Notes: generated by a model from the letters alone, not told the origin. Counted from the first letter of the stretch, positions 7,253 through 15,690 are shown. The stretch: 64,000 nt of DNA from Candidatus Saccharimonadales bacterium (GCA_035480055.1 DATIIB010000009.1:213068-277067); one strand, 5' to 3'. Translations and numbers: made by a program.

Positions 7253-8438
7253 CCAACCGCTGGTACGCAGCCAGATGTTCCTGGCACATTCGGTGCAGGG
7301 TAAAGCGTGCTTCAAAGTCAGCGCGGCAGGCATGCCGGTCAAAGGTGGGGATGCGTGCAAAGGCTTTGGCCAGGCGCGCTGCTGTTTGGATAGCTTCAAC
7401 CTTTGACGTTGTTTTGCTCGTTCGGGGATCAACCTGCGTGACAAACACTTTTTCTACCACCGCACCGGTCTGTCCATCTTGCACCACCTCGGGGATTGCG
7501 CCAGAATCCAAACCGATAATCGGAGTTCCACATGCCAAAGCTTCGATCATCACCATCCCAAACGGCTCCGCAAAGGTTGATGGAACCACCAGCGCGGCCG
7601 CATTGCCCAAGAATTCTTGCCGTACAGCGTTGCCGCTAAGATGCCCCACATATACAATGTGCGGGTCGCTCAGTTCAGGCTCAATCTGCTCCTGCCAATA
7701 GGCATCTTTGTGGCCAGCATAATGTTTACCAGCGATCTTGAGAGTCAGCGGCTGGCGAGCCGTTTGGTTATATGTTTTGACCGCTGCGATCGCAATGTGC
7801 AACCCTTTGGGTTCAATGATCCGCCCCAAATATGCCAGATATTTTCCAGCAGATGTGTAGTTGGGTGTAAAGGCATCTTCGGCAAGGCCGTGATAAATAT
7901 TGCCAACCCAATGTGTATCAGCGGGCATGCCGCGCCGCTGGGCGTAGGACATGGAAAGCCAGTTGAGGTGGGCGTATTTTGGAAACACATTTTTGTACTT
8001 CACCAAAAAATTGAATGGATCGTGGTGAGTAAAAACCACCGGCACTTGGCAAAATTGGGCAAACGGCAGCGCCGTGTCTTCCTCGTTGGTGTAGATATGC
8101 ACCACATCCAGCTCGCCGCGATTGGCGCGGGCAAAGGCTGCAGCAATCAGTTCGCTCTGGACTTGGCGGGCGAGAGTCACAAAGGTAAAAGGATGTTTTT
8201 TAAGCAGCTCCATATATGTATCGCCGCGCCCAGCCAGTTCTTGCTCAAAGTAACTCATGTCCGCGGTCACATTGCTGACGGGCGTATCAACAGGTCCTGG
8301 TGAAAAAAGGGTGACTTCGGCGCCACTCTTTTGTAAACCTTCAGCCAAATCAAGTGCCAACTGTCCTGGTGAAAAAATCACCTGCGGCAGAATGTCCTGG
8401 TGCAAAAAAATGTGGGGAACAACGAGGCCGATGCGCAT
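7227..8438 (-). CDS. glycosyltransferase family 4 (GT-B, retaining)
   Basis: 403 aa. C-terminal STFAEPFGMVMIEALACGTPIIGLDSGAIPEVV is the GT4 E-x7-E region. It overlaps the yjjX 3' end by 26 nt. Confidence 0.85.
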   Translation of the reverse strand: MRIGLVVPHIFLHQDILPQVIFSPGQLALDLAEGLQKSGAEVTLFSPGPVDTPVSNVTADMSYFEQELAGRGDTYMELLKKHPFTFVTLARQVQSELIAAAFARANRGELDVVHIYTNEEDTALPFAQFCQVPVVFTHHDPFNFLVKYKNVFPKYAHLNWLSMSYAQRRGMPADTHWVGNIYHGLAEDAFTPNYTSAGKYLAYLGRIIEPKGLHIAIAAVKTYNQTARQPLTLKIAGKHYAGHKDAYWQEQIEPELSDPHIVYVGHLSGNAVRQEFLGNAAALVVPSTFAEPFGMVMIEALACGTPIIGLDSGAIPEVVQDGQTGAVVEKVFVTQVDPRTSKTTSKVEAIQTAARLAKAFARIPTFDRHACRADFEARFTLHRMCQEHLAAYQRLVKDTTRDS

Positions 8439-8486
8439 GAGAGTGTTTACCTTACTCGACCACCCAACTGTCGACGATCTTCAAAA

Positions 8487-8627
8487 CTAAGCGTCTTTAC
8501 CGTCAGAGGTTGGCTTGGCCTCGACTTCCTCATCGTCGTCGTCCAAAAAGCTCAGGTCAAGGTCGTCCGTGCCCATATCGTCATCGCCGTAGTAGCCATC
8601 GGCTTGCGTGTCGTCAGTCTGTGTCAT
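8487..8627 (-). CDS. small, highly acidic hypothetical protein (46 aa, below the ORF-track cutoff)
   Basis: My own translation: MTQTDDTQADGYYGDDDMGTDDLDLSFLDDDDEEVEAKPTSDGKDA*. GAGGG lies 8 nt upstream of the ATG. The ORF fills the gap upstream of the GT4 gene. Confidence 0.4.
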   Translation of the reverse strand: MTQTDDTQADGYYGDDDMGTDDLDLSFLDDDDEEVEAKPTSDGKDA

Positions 8628-8667
8628 TGCTGTACCCTCGTTATGTCTCTTGCATTATACTAAACGG

Positions 8668-9285
8668 ATGAAGCGCGGCAAATACATTGTGATCGAAGGC
8701 TTGGATGGCTCGGGCAAAAGTACCCAGCAGCAGCGGTTGCTGCACACGCTTGGCGACCAAGCTATCGGAGTGCGCGAACCTGGCGGCACGCCAATGGCAG
8801 AGGCGATTCGAACGCTTATCAAAGATGGCAGCATACCGCGCGCACCTCGAACAAATGTCTTTTTGTTTTCTGCAGCCCGGGCTGAGCTGACCGACACCAT
8901 CATTCGTCCAGCGATTGGCGCGGGCAAGCATGTGGTGGCGGATCGCAATTGGCTTTCGACGGTTGCGTACCAGAGTGCAGAAGGCGTAAGTAACATGGAC
9001 GAAATCTACCAGCTCTGTAAAGCCGCGACCGAAGAACTCTTTACACCTGACTTACTTATTTTTATCGATACACCGGTCAAGATTTGTTGGCAGCGTTTAC
9101 AAAAGCGCGGCAGTACGCAGGGTGATTACTTTGACGAGCTAGGCGAGAACTATTTTGCCCGCGTCCGCGAAGTGTATTTGGAACACCTCCAAAAACTTCC
9201 GCGTTACGAGATCGTGGACGGCAGCGGTTCGATAGAAGAAATTGCCGCCAAGCTTCACACGCTCGCGACAGCTTTACTAAGCTGA
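8668..9285 (+). CDS. tmk: thymidylate kinase
   Basis: YIVIEGLDGSGKSTQ P-loop and ADRNWLSTVAYQ (DRY-like motif). I chose ATG at 8668. TATACT at 8656-8661 sits 6 nt upstream with no SD. Confidence 0.9.
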   Translation: MKRGKYIVIEGLDGSGKSTQQQRLLHTLGDQAIGVREPGGTPMAEAIRTLIKDGSIPRAPRTNVFLFSAARAELTDTIIRPAIGAGKHVVADRNWLSTVAYQSAEGVSNMDEIYQLCKAATEELFTPDLLIFIDTPVKICWQRLQKRGSTQGDYFDELGENYFARVREVYLEHLQKLPRYEIVDGSGSIEEIAAKLHTLATALLS

Positions 9286-10247
9286 AATTGAGGCGCAAGT
9301 TGGTATTGTCGCAGGTTGTAACTCGTCGCCAGAGGAATGAGCGCTGCTGATCGTCTCTCAATATGACGATCAATACGTTCGAGTGTCATAGTGTGATATT
9401 CCTGGAGGCGTTCAATAGATCTCATCAAGCCATCATTTTGGTCGCTAGTCAAAACAGCACTATACCGACCGATATCCAGTGCAGCACCAGCAGCCTGCTT
9501 GCCAATTGTTCTAAAGTTGACATCTTCAAATAACTGTTGCAGAGCCTCTTCAAGAAGCCGGTATTTTCCCATGGCAACTGCAACATCTGGTGCTTTTTCG
9601 GTATTCAACAGAAAGGCGGAGCGCTTGCGAATCGCTACCGAAACATCATCCTTAGTCTGCGGTGGAGCAGTGGCAGCTTCATCTCCTATCCAGGCAACAT
9701 GACGCGACCGAACTACAGACACGTACTTGTCAAACTGCCCGCTACGGCCTAATTCGCGTTCGCCTTCTTCCCGAGAGAATGCGCGGACATTAGGCCGCGC
9801 AGCTTGAGTAGCAACAAAATCCTGCACCATGCCATCCAAATCAGCAGTCCCTTCCCAGTTGGCAACGTTCAGTCGATAGCCAATAGGGAAGATCCGCCAG
9901 GGCCGTTCGCGGAGTAGCTGCAACTTATCATCTGGACTAATATGCCCATTCTGCGCGATAAAATCCTGTGCTTCTTGCAGCAGCTGCGTTTGTGCAGCAG
10001 ACGGCACACTCTGAAAGTAATCTTTGTCCACAACTCCCGAAGCCAGATAGGCCTCTCGTCCGATAATCTCGTTGTGAACGGCAGCTTCCAAAATTGCTCG
10101 CTCTGACGCAAGCTGGGGCGCCTGTTGCAGCGCGACACTGACGTGCTCGGTAACCACCGCGTCTAAGCGAGCGATTCGTAGCGCATTCTGGGTACGGCGC
10201 GGTGATTCTGCGTCGAGGGTGAAGGAGAGTTTGTCTGTTGTATTCAT
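9255..10247 (-). CDS. hypothetical protein (330 aa), no family recognised
   Basis: Long ORF with balanced composition. It overlaps the tmk 3' end by 31 nt. No motif was recognised. Confidence 0.55.
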   Translation of the reverse strand: MNTTDKLSFTLDAESPRRTQNALRIARLDAVVTEHVSVALQQAPQLASERAILEAAVHNEIIGREAYLASGVVDKDYFQSVPSAAQTQLLQEAQDFIAQNGHISPDDKLQLLRERPWRIFPIGYRLNVANWEGTADLDGMVQDFVATQAARPNVRAFSREEGERELGRSGQFDKYVSVVRSRHVAWIGDEAATAPPQTKDDVSVAIRKRSAFLLNTEKAPDVAVAMGKYRLLEEALQQLFEDVNFRTIGKQAAGAALDIGRYSAVLTSDQNDGLMRSIERLQEYHTMTLERIDRHIERRSAALIPLATSYNLRQYQLAPQFQLSKAVASV

Positions 10248-10260
10248 AATAGTGTGGGCT

Positions 10261-10297
10261 AAAAAACCGAGCCTTCTCCTGGGGGATCGAGCTCGGT
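10261..10297 (-). terminator. terminator-like hairpin in the 5' leader of the 9255-10247 gene
   Basis: On the minus strand, ACCGAGC...GCTCGGT (10297-10266) is followed by TTTTTT (10266-10261), ending about 13 nt before the ATG at 10247. There is no T-run on the + strand. Confidence 0.5.
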
Positions 10298-10478
10298 GGT
10301 AGTTCTTTGGTAAGTTCTTGCTTCGAGTCGCTCAATCCGCACCGGTTGGTGCACGCATAATAAAGTCACAGAGAATGACATGCTTGCTTGGATAGAGTGG
10401 TGCGTGTTGTGAAATACTCACGAATCTTATTTTGCGACGAACTTTTACAAAAGTCAACTTTTATTTTAAAACATGTGC

Positions 10479-10509
10479 TTGACATGCGTATACCCACTTG
10501 GGGTAGAAT
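10479..10509 (+). promoter_or_regulatory. candidate promoter of the first M20 peptidase gene
   Basis: TTGACA (10479-10484) and TAGAAT (10504-10509) are separated by 19 nt, longer than optimal. It lies ~40 nt upstream of the GGAGGG SD. Confidence 0.35.
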
Positions 10510-10547
10510 CAAAAGCACGTGTGTTTTGCACACTCAAGGGAGGGCAT

Positions 10548-11708
10548 ATGCATCACCGAACACTTCATACCCAGGTGTCTCACAAAACGACACCTTATTT
10601 TGCGAACATTGATCCACAGCTATTGCAGCGCAGCATGGAATTAATTGCCATGCCGTCGACTCACGAGCAACCAGCGGCTCGCAATAAAGCGCTTGAATAT
10701 ATTGCGGATATCGTCAGGACGTACCCTGGTATTACCATCGAGCAGTTTAAAGAGCAGGGGGTGCGTAGTTTTCTGGCTTACGCGGGTCCGCAGCGACCTG
10801 ATCGCTTTAAGGTGTTACTGAACGGGCACGTGGATGTTGTGCCAGGCAATGATTCGCAGTTTGCGCCTTATGTTCGAGATAACCGGCTATACGGGCGCGG
10901 CTCACTTGATATGAAAATATCTGCATTGGTACTCACCAAAGTTTTTTGTGAGCTTGCTCCCACACTCGATTATCCTTTGGGCTTGCAGATTGTTACCGAC
11001 GAAGAACCCGGCGGCTACAATGGCGCGCAGTATCAGTATCGGCAAGGCGTACGAACCGACTTCTTTATTACCGGCGAGCAAAGCCATAACGATATCGCCA
11101 TTGCCGCCAAGGGCATGTGCCGTCTGGTAATTACACAGAAAGGCGTGCCTGCGCATAGTGCTTATTTGTGGCGTGGCGAAAACGCCATCCTTAAACTCAC
11201 CGATCTGATTGCCAAACTCCACGCATTGTACCCAGTGCCAGACAAAGAAGCATGGGCGACGACGGTCAATGTGTCAAAACTGGAAACTACTAGTGAAGGT
11301 TTTATCAACCGCGTGCCGCATGCTGCAGAACTGCACCTTGATATTCGCCCGATCCTCGGTGACCCCAACTTTGATTCCTTTGCCCACATGCGCGCTTTCT
11401 TTGCGTCCTTAGATCCAACGGCCGAAATTATCTCTGCTACGTTGGTGCAAGGACACGAGGTAGAGCCGACCCATCCTATGCTGCAGTCCTTGATCGCGGC
11501 AACCGAACGTGCCAAGGGCAAACCGGTAGAGCTGTTGCGGCGTCATGGACAATCTGATATCTGCCATTACACCGCTGATCCTCATACTCGCGGGGTTGAG
11601 TTTGGACTGACCGGCGCGCACGACCATGCGGACAATGAGTATCTGGAGCTTTCATCCGTGCCAATTATGGAACAGGCGCTGCGCTATTTTCTACCCAGCC
11701 TTTCTTGA
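10548..11708 (+). CDS. M20-family metallopeptidase/deacylase (ArgE/DapE/CPG2-like), paralogue 1
   Basis: LLNGHVDVVPG, LYGRGSLDMK and VTDEEPGG are metal-binding motifs. I chose ATG at 10548 because it follows GGAGGG. Confidence 0.85.
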   Translation: MHHRTLHTQVSHKTTPYFANIDPQLLQRSMELIAMPSTHEQPAARNKALEYIADIVRTYPGITIEQFKEQGVRSFLAYAGPQRPDRFKVLLNGHVDVVPGNDSQFAPYVRDNRLYGRGSLDMKISALVLTKVFCELAPTLDYPLGLQIVTDEEPGGYNGAQYQYRQGVRTDFFITGEQSHNDIAIAAKGMCRLVITQKGVPAHSAYLWRGENAILKLTDLIAKLHALYPVPDKEAWATTVNVSKLETTSEGFINRVPHAAELHLDIRPILGDPNFDSFAHMRAFFASLDPTAEIISATLVQGHEVEPTHPMLQSLIAATERAKGKPVELLRRHGQSDICHYTADPHTRGVEFGLTGAHDHADNEYLELSSVPIMEQALRYFLPSLS

Positions 11709-11841
11709 CTTTGCAGATACTCTTCTGTATAAAAGAGGGCATATGCAGCGCATAACAAACCAGATTGTGATTCTCGTCGCCCTTTTGCGCCACAAGAGGC
11801 TTGGTTTATTGCAGCAGTAACGCAAAAAGAGAATAAGATGC

Positions 11842-11870
11842 AGAACCGAGCCAAAAGCTCGGTTCTTTAG
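11842..11870 (+). terminator. weak intrinsic terminator after M20 paralogue 1
   Basis: AGAACCGAGC (11842-11851) pairs with GCTCGGTTCT (11857-11866), followed by only TTT. Confidence 0.45.
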
Positions 11871-11887
11871 TTGTAAGGAGAAACCCC

Positions 11888-13045
11888 ATGTCTACCCCAA
11901 AAACGGCCACCAAGCCGGCCCATATTGCCGCTCACACCAGCCAGATTAATCCGGCGCTACTCGCTCGCGCTCAAGAGTTATTGAGCATTCCCTCGAGCGC
12001 CGACAACCTGGACGCTGTGCGACAGGCTTTGCGATATGTGGCTGACTTTGTTGCCACGCAACCACGCATCACCGTTGAGCACTTTGAGCGAAATGGCATT
12101 CCCAGTTTTCTAGCCTATTACGGTCCCACGCGGCCACCGCGTTTTAAGGTGTTACTGAATGGTCATGTGGATGTCGTTCCTGCGCATGCCCCGCAGTTTC
12201 GGCCACGCATCCAGGATGGCCGGCTGTACGCCCGCGGCGCACTGGACATGAAGCTGCAAACCTTACTGATGGCCGACGCATTCTGCCAAGCTGCGCCATT
12301 GGTCGACTATCCTTTGGGCCTGCAGATAACGGCAGACGAGGAAACCGGCGGTTACGACGGTGTAAGCCATCAGATAGCTCAAGGCGTGCTGGCAGATTTT
12401 GTGATTGCCGGCGAACGCACCAGTCTCAACGTCACCACTGCGATGAAAGGCATTTGCTGGCTCCATATGACGGCCGAGGGCCAGCACAGCCATGGCTCGC
12501 GCCCTTGGGAAGGAGAAAATGCGGTAACCAAACTCACTCGCCTGGCCGAAAAACTGCTGGCCCATTATCCAGCGCCAACCGCGCCGGTGTGGGCGACAAC
12601 CGTCAACGTGGCCTGGATCAAAACCGATAATCGCACCCACAACCGCACCCCCGACAATGCCGAAATGGGTTTGGACTTTCGCTTTGTGGCCGACCCGCAC
12701 TTTGCCAGCGAAGAAAGCGTTCGTACCTTCATTGCCAGCATCGATCCAACCGTCCAAGTGCACTTTGTGGTATACGAAGCAGAGGTATTTGCCGAACTTT
12801 CTGACCCATATGTAAAAGCCTTAATGGACAGCGCGCGGGAAATCCGCGGTGAGGTAGAAGCTATCCGGCGCTACGCCAGTGCTGATACTCGTTTTTACGC
12901 GGCCATGCCAGGCACCACCTGCGTAGAGTTCGGGCTTAGCGGCGAAGGCGACCACAGCGACAACGAATATGTAGAGCTGGCTTCAGTGCCTATTATGCAA
13001 GCGGCGCTGCAGAAGTTTCTGCGCGAGAAAGCATCCACAATTTAG
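11888..13045 (+). CDS. M20-family metallopeptidase/deacylase, paralogue 2
   Basis: LLNGHVDVVPA, LYARGALDMK and TADEETGG. It is collinear with paralogue 1 and similar along the whole length by eye. SD AAGGAG lies upstream. Confidence 0.85.
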   Translation: MSTPKTATKPAHIAAHTSQINPALLARAQELLSIPSSADNLDAVRQALRYVADFVATQPRITVEHFERNGIPSFLAYYGPTRPPRFKVLLNGHVDVVPAHAPQFRPRIQDGRLYARGALDMKLQTLLMADAFCQAAPLVDYPLGLQITADEETGGYDGVSHQIAQGVLADFVIAGERTSLNVTTAMKGICWLHMTAEGQHSHGSRPWEGENAVTKLTRLAEKLLAHYPAPTAPVWATTVNVAWIKTDNRTHNRTPDNAEMGLDFRFVADPHFASEESVRTFIASIDPTVQVHFVVYEAEVFAELSDPYVKALMDSAREIRGEVEAIRRYASADTRFYAAMPGTTCVEFGLSGEGDHSDNEYVELASVPIMQAALQKFLREKASTI

Positions 13046-14145
13046 CTGTTGAAGTTCTCGGGGCGCTGCTCACCGGCGACCTTTTTGGTGTAGCGGCGCA
13101 ACACTTCATAAAACTGCTGACAGCCCTTTATCGATATCCATTCGTTTTGTCCATGATTGCCACCGCCAGGAGGTTGCACGATCACGCAGGGAATACCTTG
13201 GCGGCTGAAGAACCGACCATCGGTGACCGCATAACTGTACGACATTTCGGTGGCCTGGCCAATGTGTTCGCGTAAGAGGTCGCGGTACAAGTGAATGTAT
13301 GGGTTGGCCGCGTCATTCACGCAGGGCTCGTCATCAACTAATACCGTCACCTGAACATCGTGCTTGGCGCAGATTTCGGTAATGGCCGGAATGGATCGCC
13401 GGTGATCCGCAACGCTGCCGGTGCGAATGTCTAGCACCGCCTTGGCGTGGTCGGCTAGCTGATTAGCGGTTTCGCCACCTTCAATCGTTCCCACCGAAAG
13501 CAGCGTGTCTTTCTTGCCTGCATTGTAAGGGAAAAGCGGCCGGATCTCTTCGATAGCCATCAAAAGTTTATGAATCGCATGCTCGCCCTCCCAGGGACGG
13601 GAAGCATGCGCCGAGACGCCAGTCGCATCCAGCTGCACCCACTGGACACCTTTTTCAAACCCTTCAACTTCCCAATCAGGGCCGCCATCGGGGATGATGC
13701 AAACCTTGGGCCGATAGCCCTCTGTTTCAACCAAATACTTAACGCCATTTTGGCCACCAATTTCTTCGTCAGTAGTGACCATAATGCCGAGGCTATAATC
13801 GCCCAAGCTTTCCCGCAGCTCGTCGACCAGCCGCAAATAAGCGGCAGCGGCAAACTTCATATCAAACACGCCGCGGCCGTGATAGTTGCCCTTTTTTTTA
13901 CGCAGCGTAAACAACTGCTTTGGGGCGGGCACCACATCGATATGCGCCACCAGCAACAAGCTTGGCGTGCGGTCATGCGACTTGGTAGTTGCCACAAAAG
14001 AAGGCACGCCCTGACTTGTAAACCGTTCTACATGCATGCCACGATCCGCGACAAATTCAGCCATAAAGGTCAAGGCTTTTTGGATAGCCAATGGATTATT
14101 GCTGGTGCTGGGAATCTCGACAAGGGTTTTGAGTATTGTTTCCAT
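13042..14145 (-). CDS. M20-family metallopeptidase/deacylase, paralogue 3 (more divergent)
   Basis: LLVAHIDVVPA, YHGRGVFDMK and TTDEEIGG. It is convergent with paralogue 2, with a 4-nt overlap. Confidence 0.85.
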   Translation of the reverse strand: METILKTLVEIPSTSNNPLAIQKALTFMAEFVADRGMHVERFTSQGVPSFVATTKSHDRTPSLLLVAHIDVVPAPKQLFTLRKKKGNYHGRGVFDMKFAAAAYLRLVDELRESLGDYSLGIMVTTDEEIGGQNGVKYLVETEGYRPKVCIIPDGGPDWEVEGFEKGVQWVQLDATGVSAHASRPWEGEHAIHKLLMAIEEIRPLFPYNAGKKDTLLSVGTIEGGETANQLADHAKAVLDIRTGSVADHRRSIPAITEICAKHDVQVTVLVDDEPCVNDAANPYIHLYRDLLREHIGQATEMSYSYAVTDGRFFSRQGIPCVIVQPPGGGNHGQNEWISIKGCQQFYEVLRRYTKKVAGEQRPENFNS

Positions 14146-14155
14146 AATTTCCTAC

Positions 14156-14181
14156 ATAAAAACGAGCTCTCTTGGAGCTCG
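14156..14181 (-). terminator. terminator-like hairpin in the 5' leader of M20 paralogue 3
   Basis: On the minus strand, CGAGCTC (14181-14175) pairs with GAGCTCG (14169-14163), followed by TTTTTAT. It ends ~11 nt before the ATG at 14145. AGGAA SD lies between the hairpin and the ATG. Confidence 0.45.
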
Positions 14182-14348
14182 GCAATTGTCTTTTCACTAT
14201 TTGTCTGCAGACAAGTTTTTTAGCCACGCTCCTGCAAGCTGGGGATAAAAAAGCACATATATGTTTGCATCGACTTCATACTGGTGCGTATTGTAGGCCT
14301 TTGCCACAACAGCTGTCAAGAAGGACGGCGTACTACCTACCGAAGTTA

Positions 14349-14377
14349 TTGACACTGAACTAGCTGTAGTGTAAAAT
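14349..14377 (+). promoter_or_regulatory. strong sigma-70-type promoter for the rplJ-rplL operon
   Basis: TTGACA (14349-14354), exact 17-nt spacer, TAAAAT (14372-14377). Confidence 0.8.
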
Positions 14378-14384
14378 ACTTGTA

Positions 14385-14717
14385 GTCATCACCAAAGACC
14401 GTCGCGAGGCTCCGCCTTTAAGAATGCGACCGAGGTTATGAAACATACCGATTGTTTTATATACAAGAAAGTCTTTGGTCGTGCGAGAATCAAAGACTTT
14501 TTGTTTTTGTACGTTAAAAAATAGGTCGAAACGTAAGTGACTATGCACCGCCTGAAGGCCATTTCAGATACTTTTCTGCAGACCTATCCACAGCAAACCT
14601 GTGCAAGAATTTCGCTTTAGCGAATTCGCACAGGTGCAGCGAGGACAGAAGCAAAGAAAACGTTCTGAAATGACCGAATGAGGACATACGATCATCAAAC
14701 AATAAGGAGAAAACTGC
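14385..14717 (+). promoter_or_regulatory. ~330-nt structured rplJ 5' leader (candidate L10-type autoregulatory leader)
   Basis: Lies between the promoter and the rplJ SD (AAGGAG, 14704-14709). It contains mutually exclusive antiterminator/terminator pairings (14391-14399 with 14471-14479, versus 14468-14477 with 14491-14500) and a long hairpin at 14597-14635. Confidence 0.55.
14468..14510 (+). terminator. intrinsic attenuator terminator inside the rplJ leader
   Basis: AAAGTCTTTG (14468-14477) pairs perfectly with CAAAGACTTT (14491-14500), followed by TTGTTTTTGT. Confidence 0.65.
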
Positions 14718-15239
14718 ATGGCAATTACCCGCCAAAAGAAAGAAGCTGTGGTTGCTGAAGTTGTGGACTTGCTCTCGTCTAGCAAGATGAGTGTCTTTGC
14801 CGCATACCAAGGCGTCACAGTTGCCGAGTTGCAAGAGCTGCGCCGCGCTGCTCGCGAATCCGGAGTGACCATTCGCGTGGTCAAGAACCGTCTCGTTCGT
14901 GTAGCCCTGCCGCAGATCGACGCGCTCAAAGGTATTGCAACCGACGCCCTGGCCGGCCAACTCCTCTACGCTTTTAGTAGCGAAGACGAAGTTGCCCCTG
15001 CCCAAGCACTCGCCAAGTTTGCCAAAACCCACCCAGCTTTACAGCTGCAAGGTGCTTTTAGCAACGACGGCAAGCTGCTTACGCAAGCTGAGGTTGAGGC
15101 TCTCGCCACAATGCCAAGCAAGAATGAACTGATTGCGCAAGTAATCGCAACCCTGACATCTCCAGTAAACGACGTGATGAGTGCGCTCTCGGGCAACTTG
15201 CACGCGTTACTCGATGGTGTTGAAGCCAAAGCCGCATAA
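14718..15239 (+). CDS. rplJ: 50S ribosomal protein L10
   Basis: 173 aa. [53 protein letters not shown] is typical L10. Confidence 0.95.
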   Translation: MAITRQKKEAVVAEVVDLLSSSKMSVFAAYQGVTVAELQELRRAARESGVTIRVVKNRLVRVALPQIDALKGIATDALAGQLLYAFSSEDEVAPAQALAKFAKTHPALQLQGAFSNDGKLLTQAEVEALATMPSKNELIAQVIATLTSPVNDVMSALSGNLHALLDGVEAKAA

Positions 15240-15262
15240 TTTTAACCCGAAAGGAAACAACC

Positions 15263-15637
15263 ATGGCTGATTTGAAGAAATTAGCAGAAGAGCTGACAAG
15301 CCTTACTGTACTTGAAGTAAACGAACTAAAGAACATCCTGAAGGATGAATACGGCATCGAGCCTGCAGCTGCTGCAGTCGCTGTTGCTGCACCTGCTGGT
15401 GACGGCGCTGCCGCTGCCGACGAGCAGACTGAATTCGATGTCATCCTTAAAGACGCTGGCAGCCAGAAGGTTGCAGTCATTAAGGCTGTCAAAGAAATCA
15501 CCGGCCTGGGCCTTGGTGAAGCAAAAGCAATCGTGGATGGTGCGCCAAAGACCGTTAAGGAAAAGGCAACCAAAGACGAAGCTGACGCTGCCAAAAAAGC
15601 GCTCGAAGACGCTGGCGCAACTGTCGAACTGCAGTAA
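15263..15637 (+). CDS. rplL: 50S ribosomal protein L7/L12
   Basis: 124 aa with an Ala-rich hinge. C-terminal [41 protein letters not shown] is typical L7/L12. Confidence 0.97.
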   Translation: MADLKKLAEELTSLTVLEVNELKNILKDEYGIEPAAAAVAVAAPAGDGAAAADEQTEFDVILKDAGSQKVAVIKAVKEITGLGLGEAKAIVDGAPKTVKEKATKDEADAAKKALEDAGATVELQ

Positions 15638-15652
15638 GCAATTCTTCATCTT

Positions 15653-15690
15653 AAACACACCTCTATTGTAGGGGTGTGTTTTTGTTTTGT
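15653..15690 (+). terminator. rho-independent terminator after rplL
   Basis: AAACACACC (15653-15661) pairs with GGTGTGTTT (15673-15681), followed by a T-rich tract (TTTGTTTTG). Confidence 0.8.

Noticed and set aside
14201-14222. TTGTCTGCAGACAA palindrome followed by TTTTTT as a plus-strand terminator.
   Set aside because: The stem is only ~5 bp and AT-rich with a 4-nt loop, and no plus-strand gene lies upstream to terminate. It was noted but not called.
14541-15594. Minus-strand ORFs of 163, 121 and 171 aa over the rplJ leader, rplJ and rplL.
   Set aside because: They are opposite two ribosomal protein genes and the leader. The Ala/Ser-rich shadow composition comes from GCN-rich sense codons.
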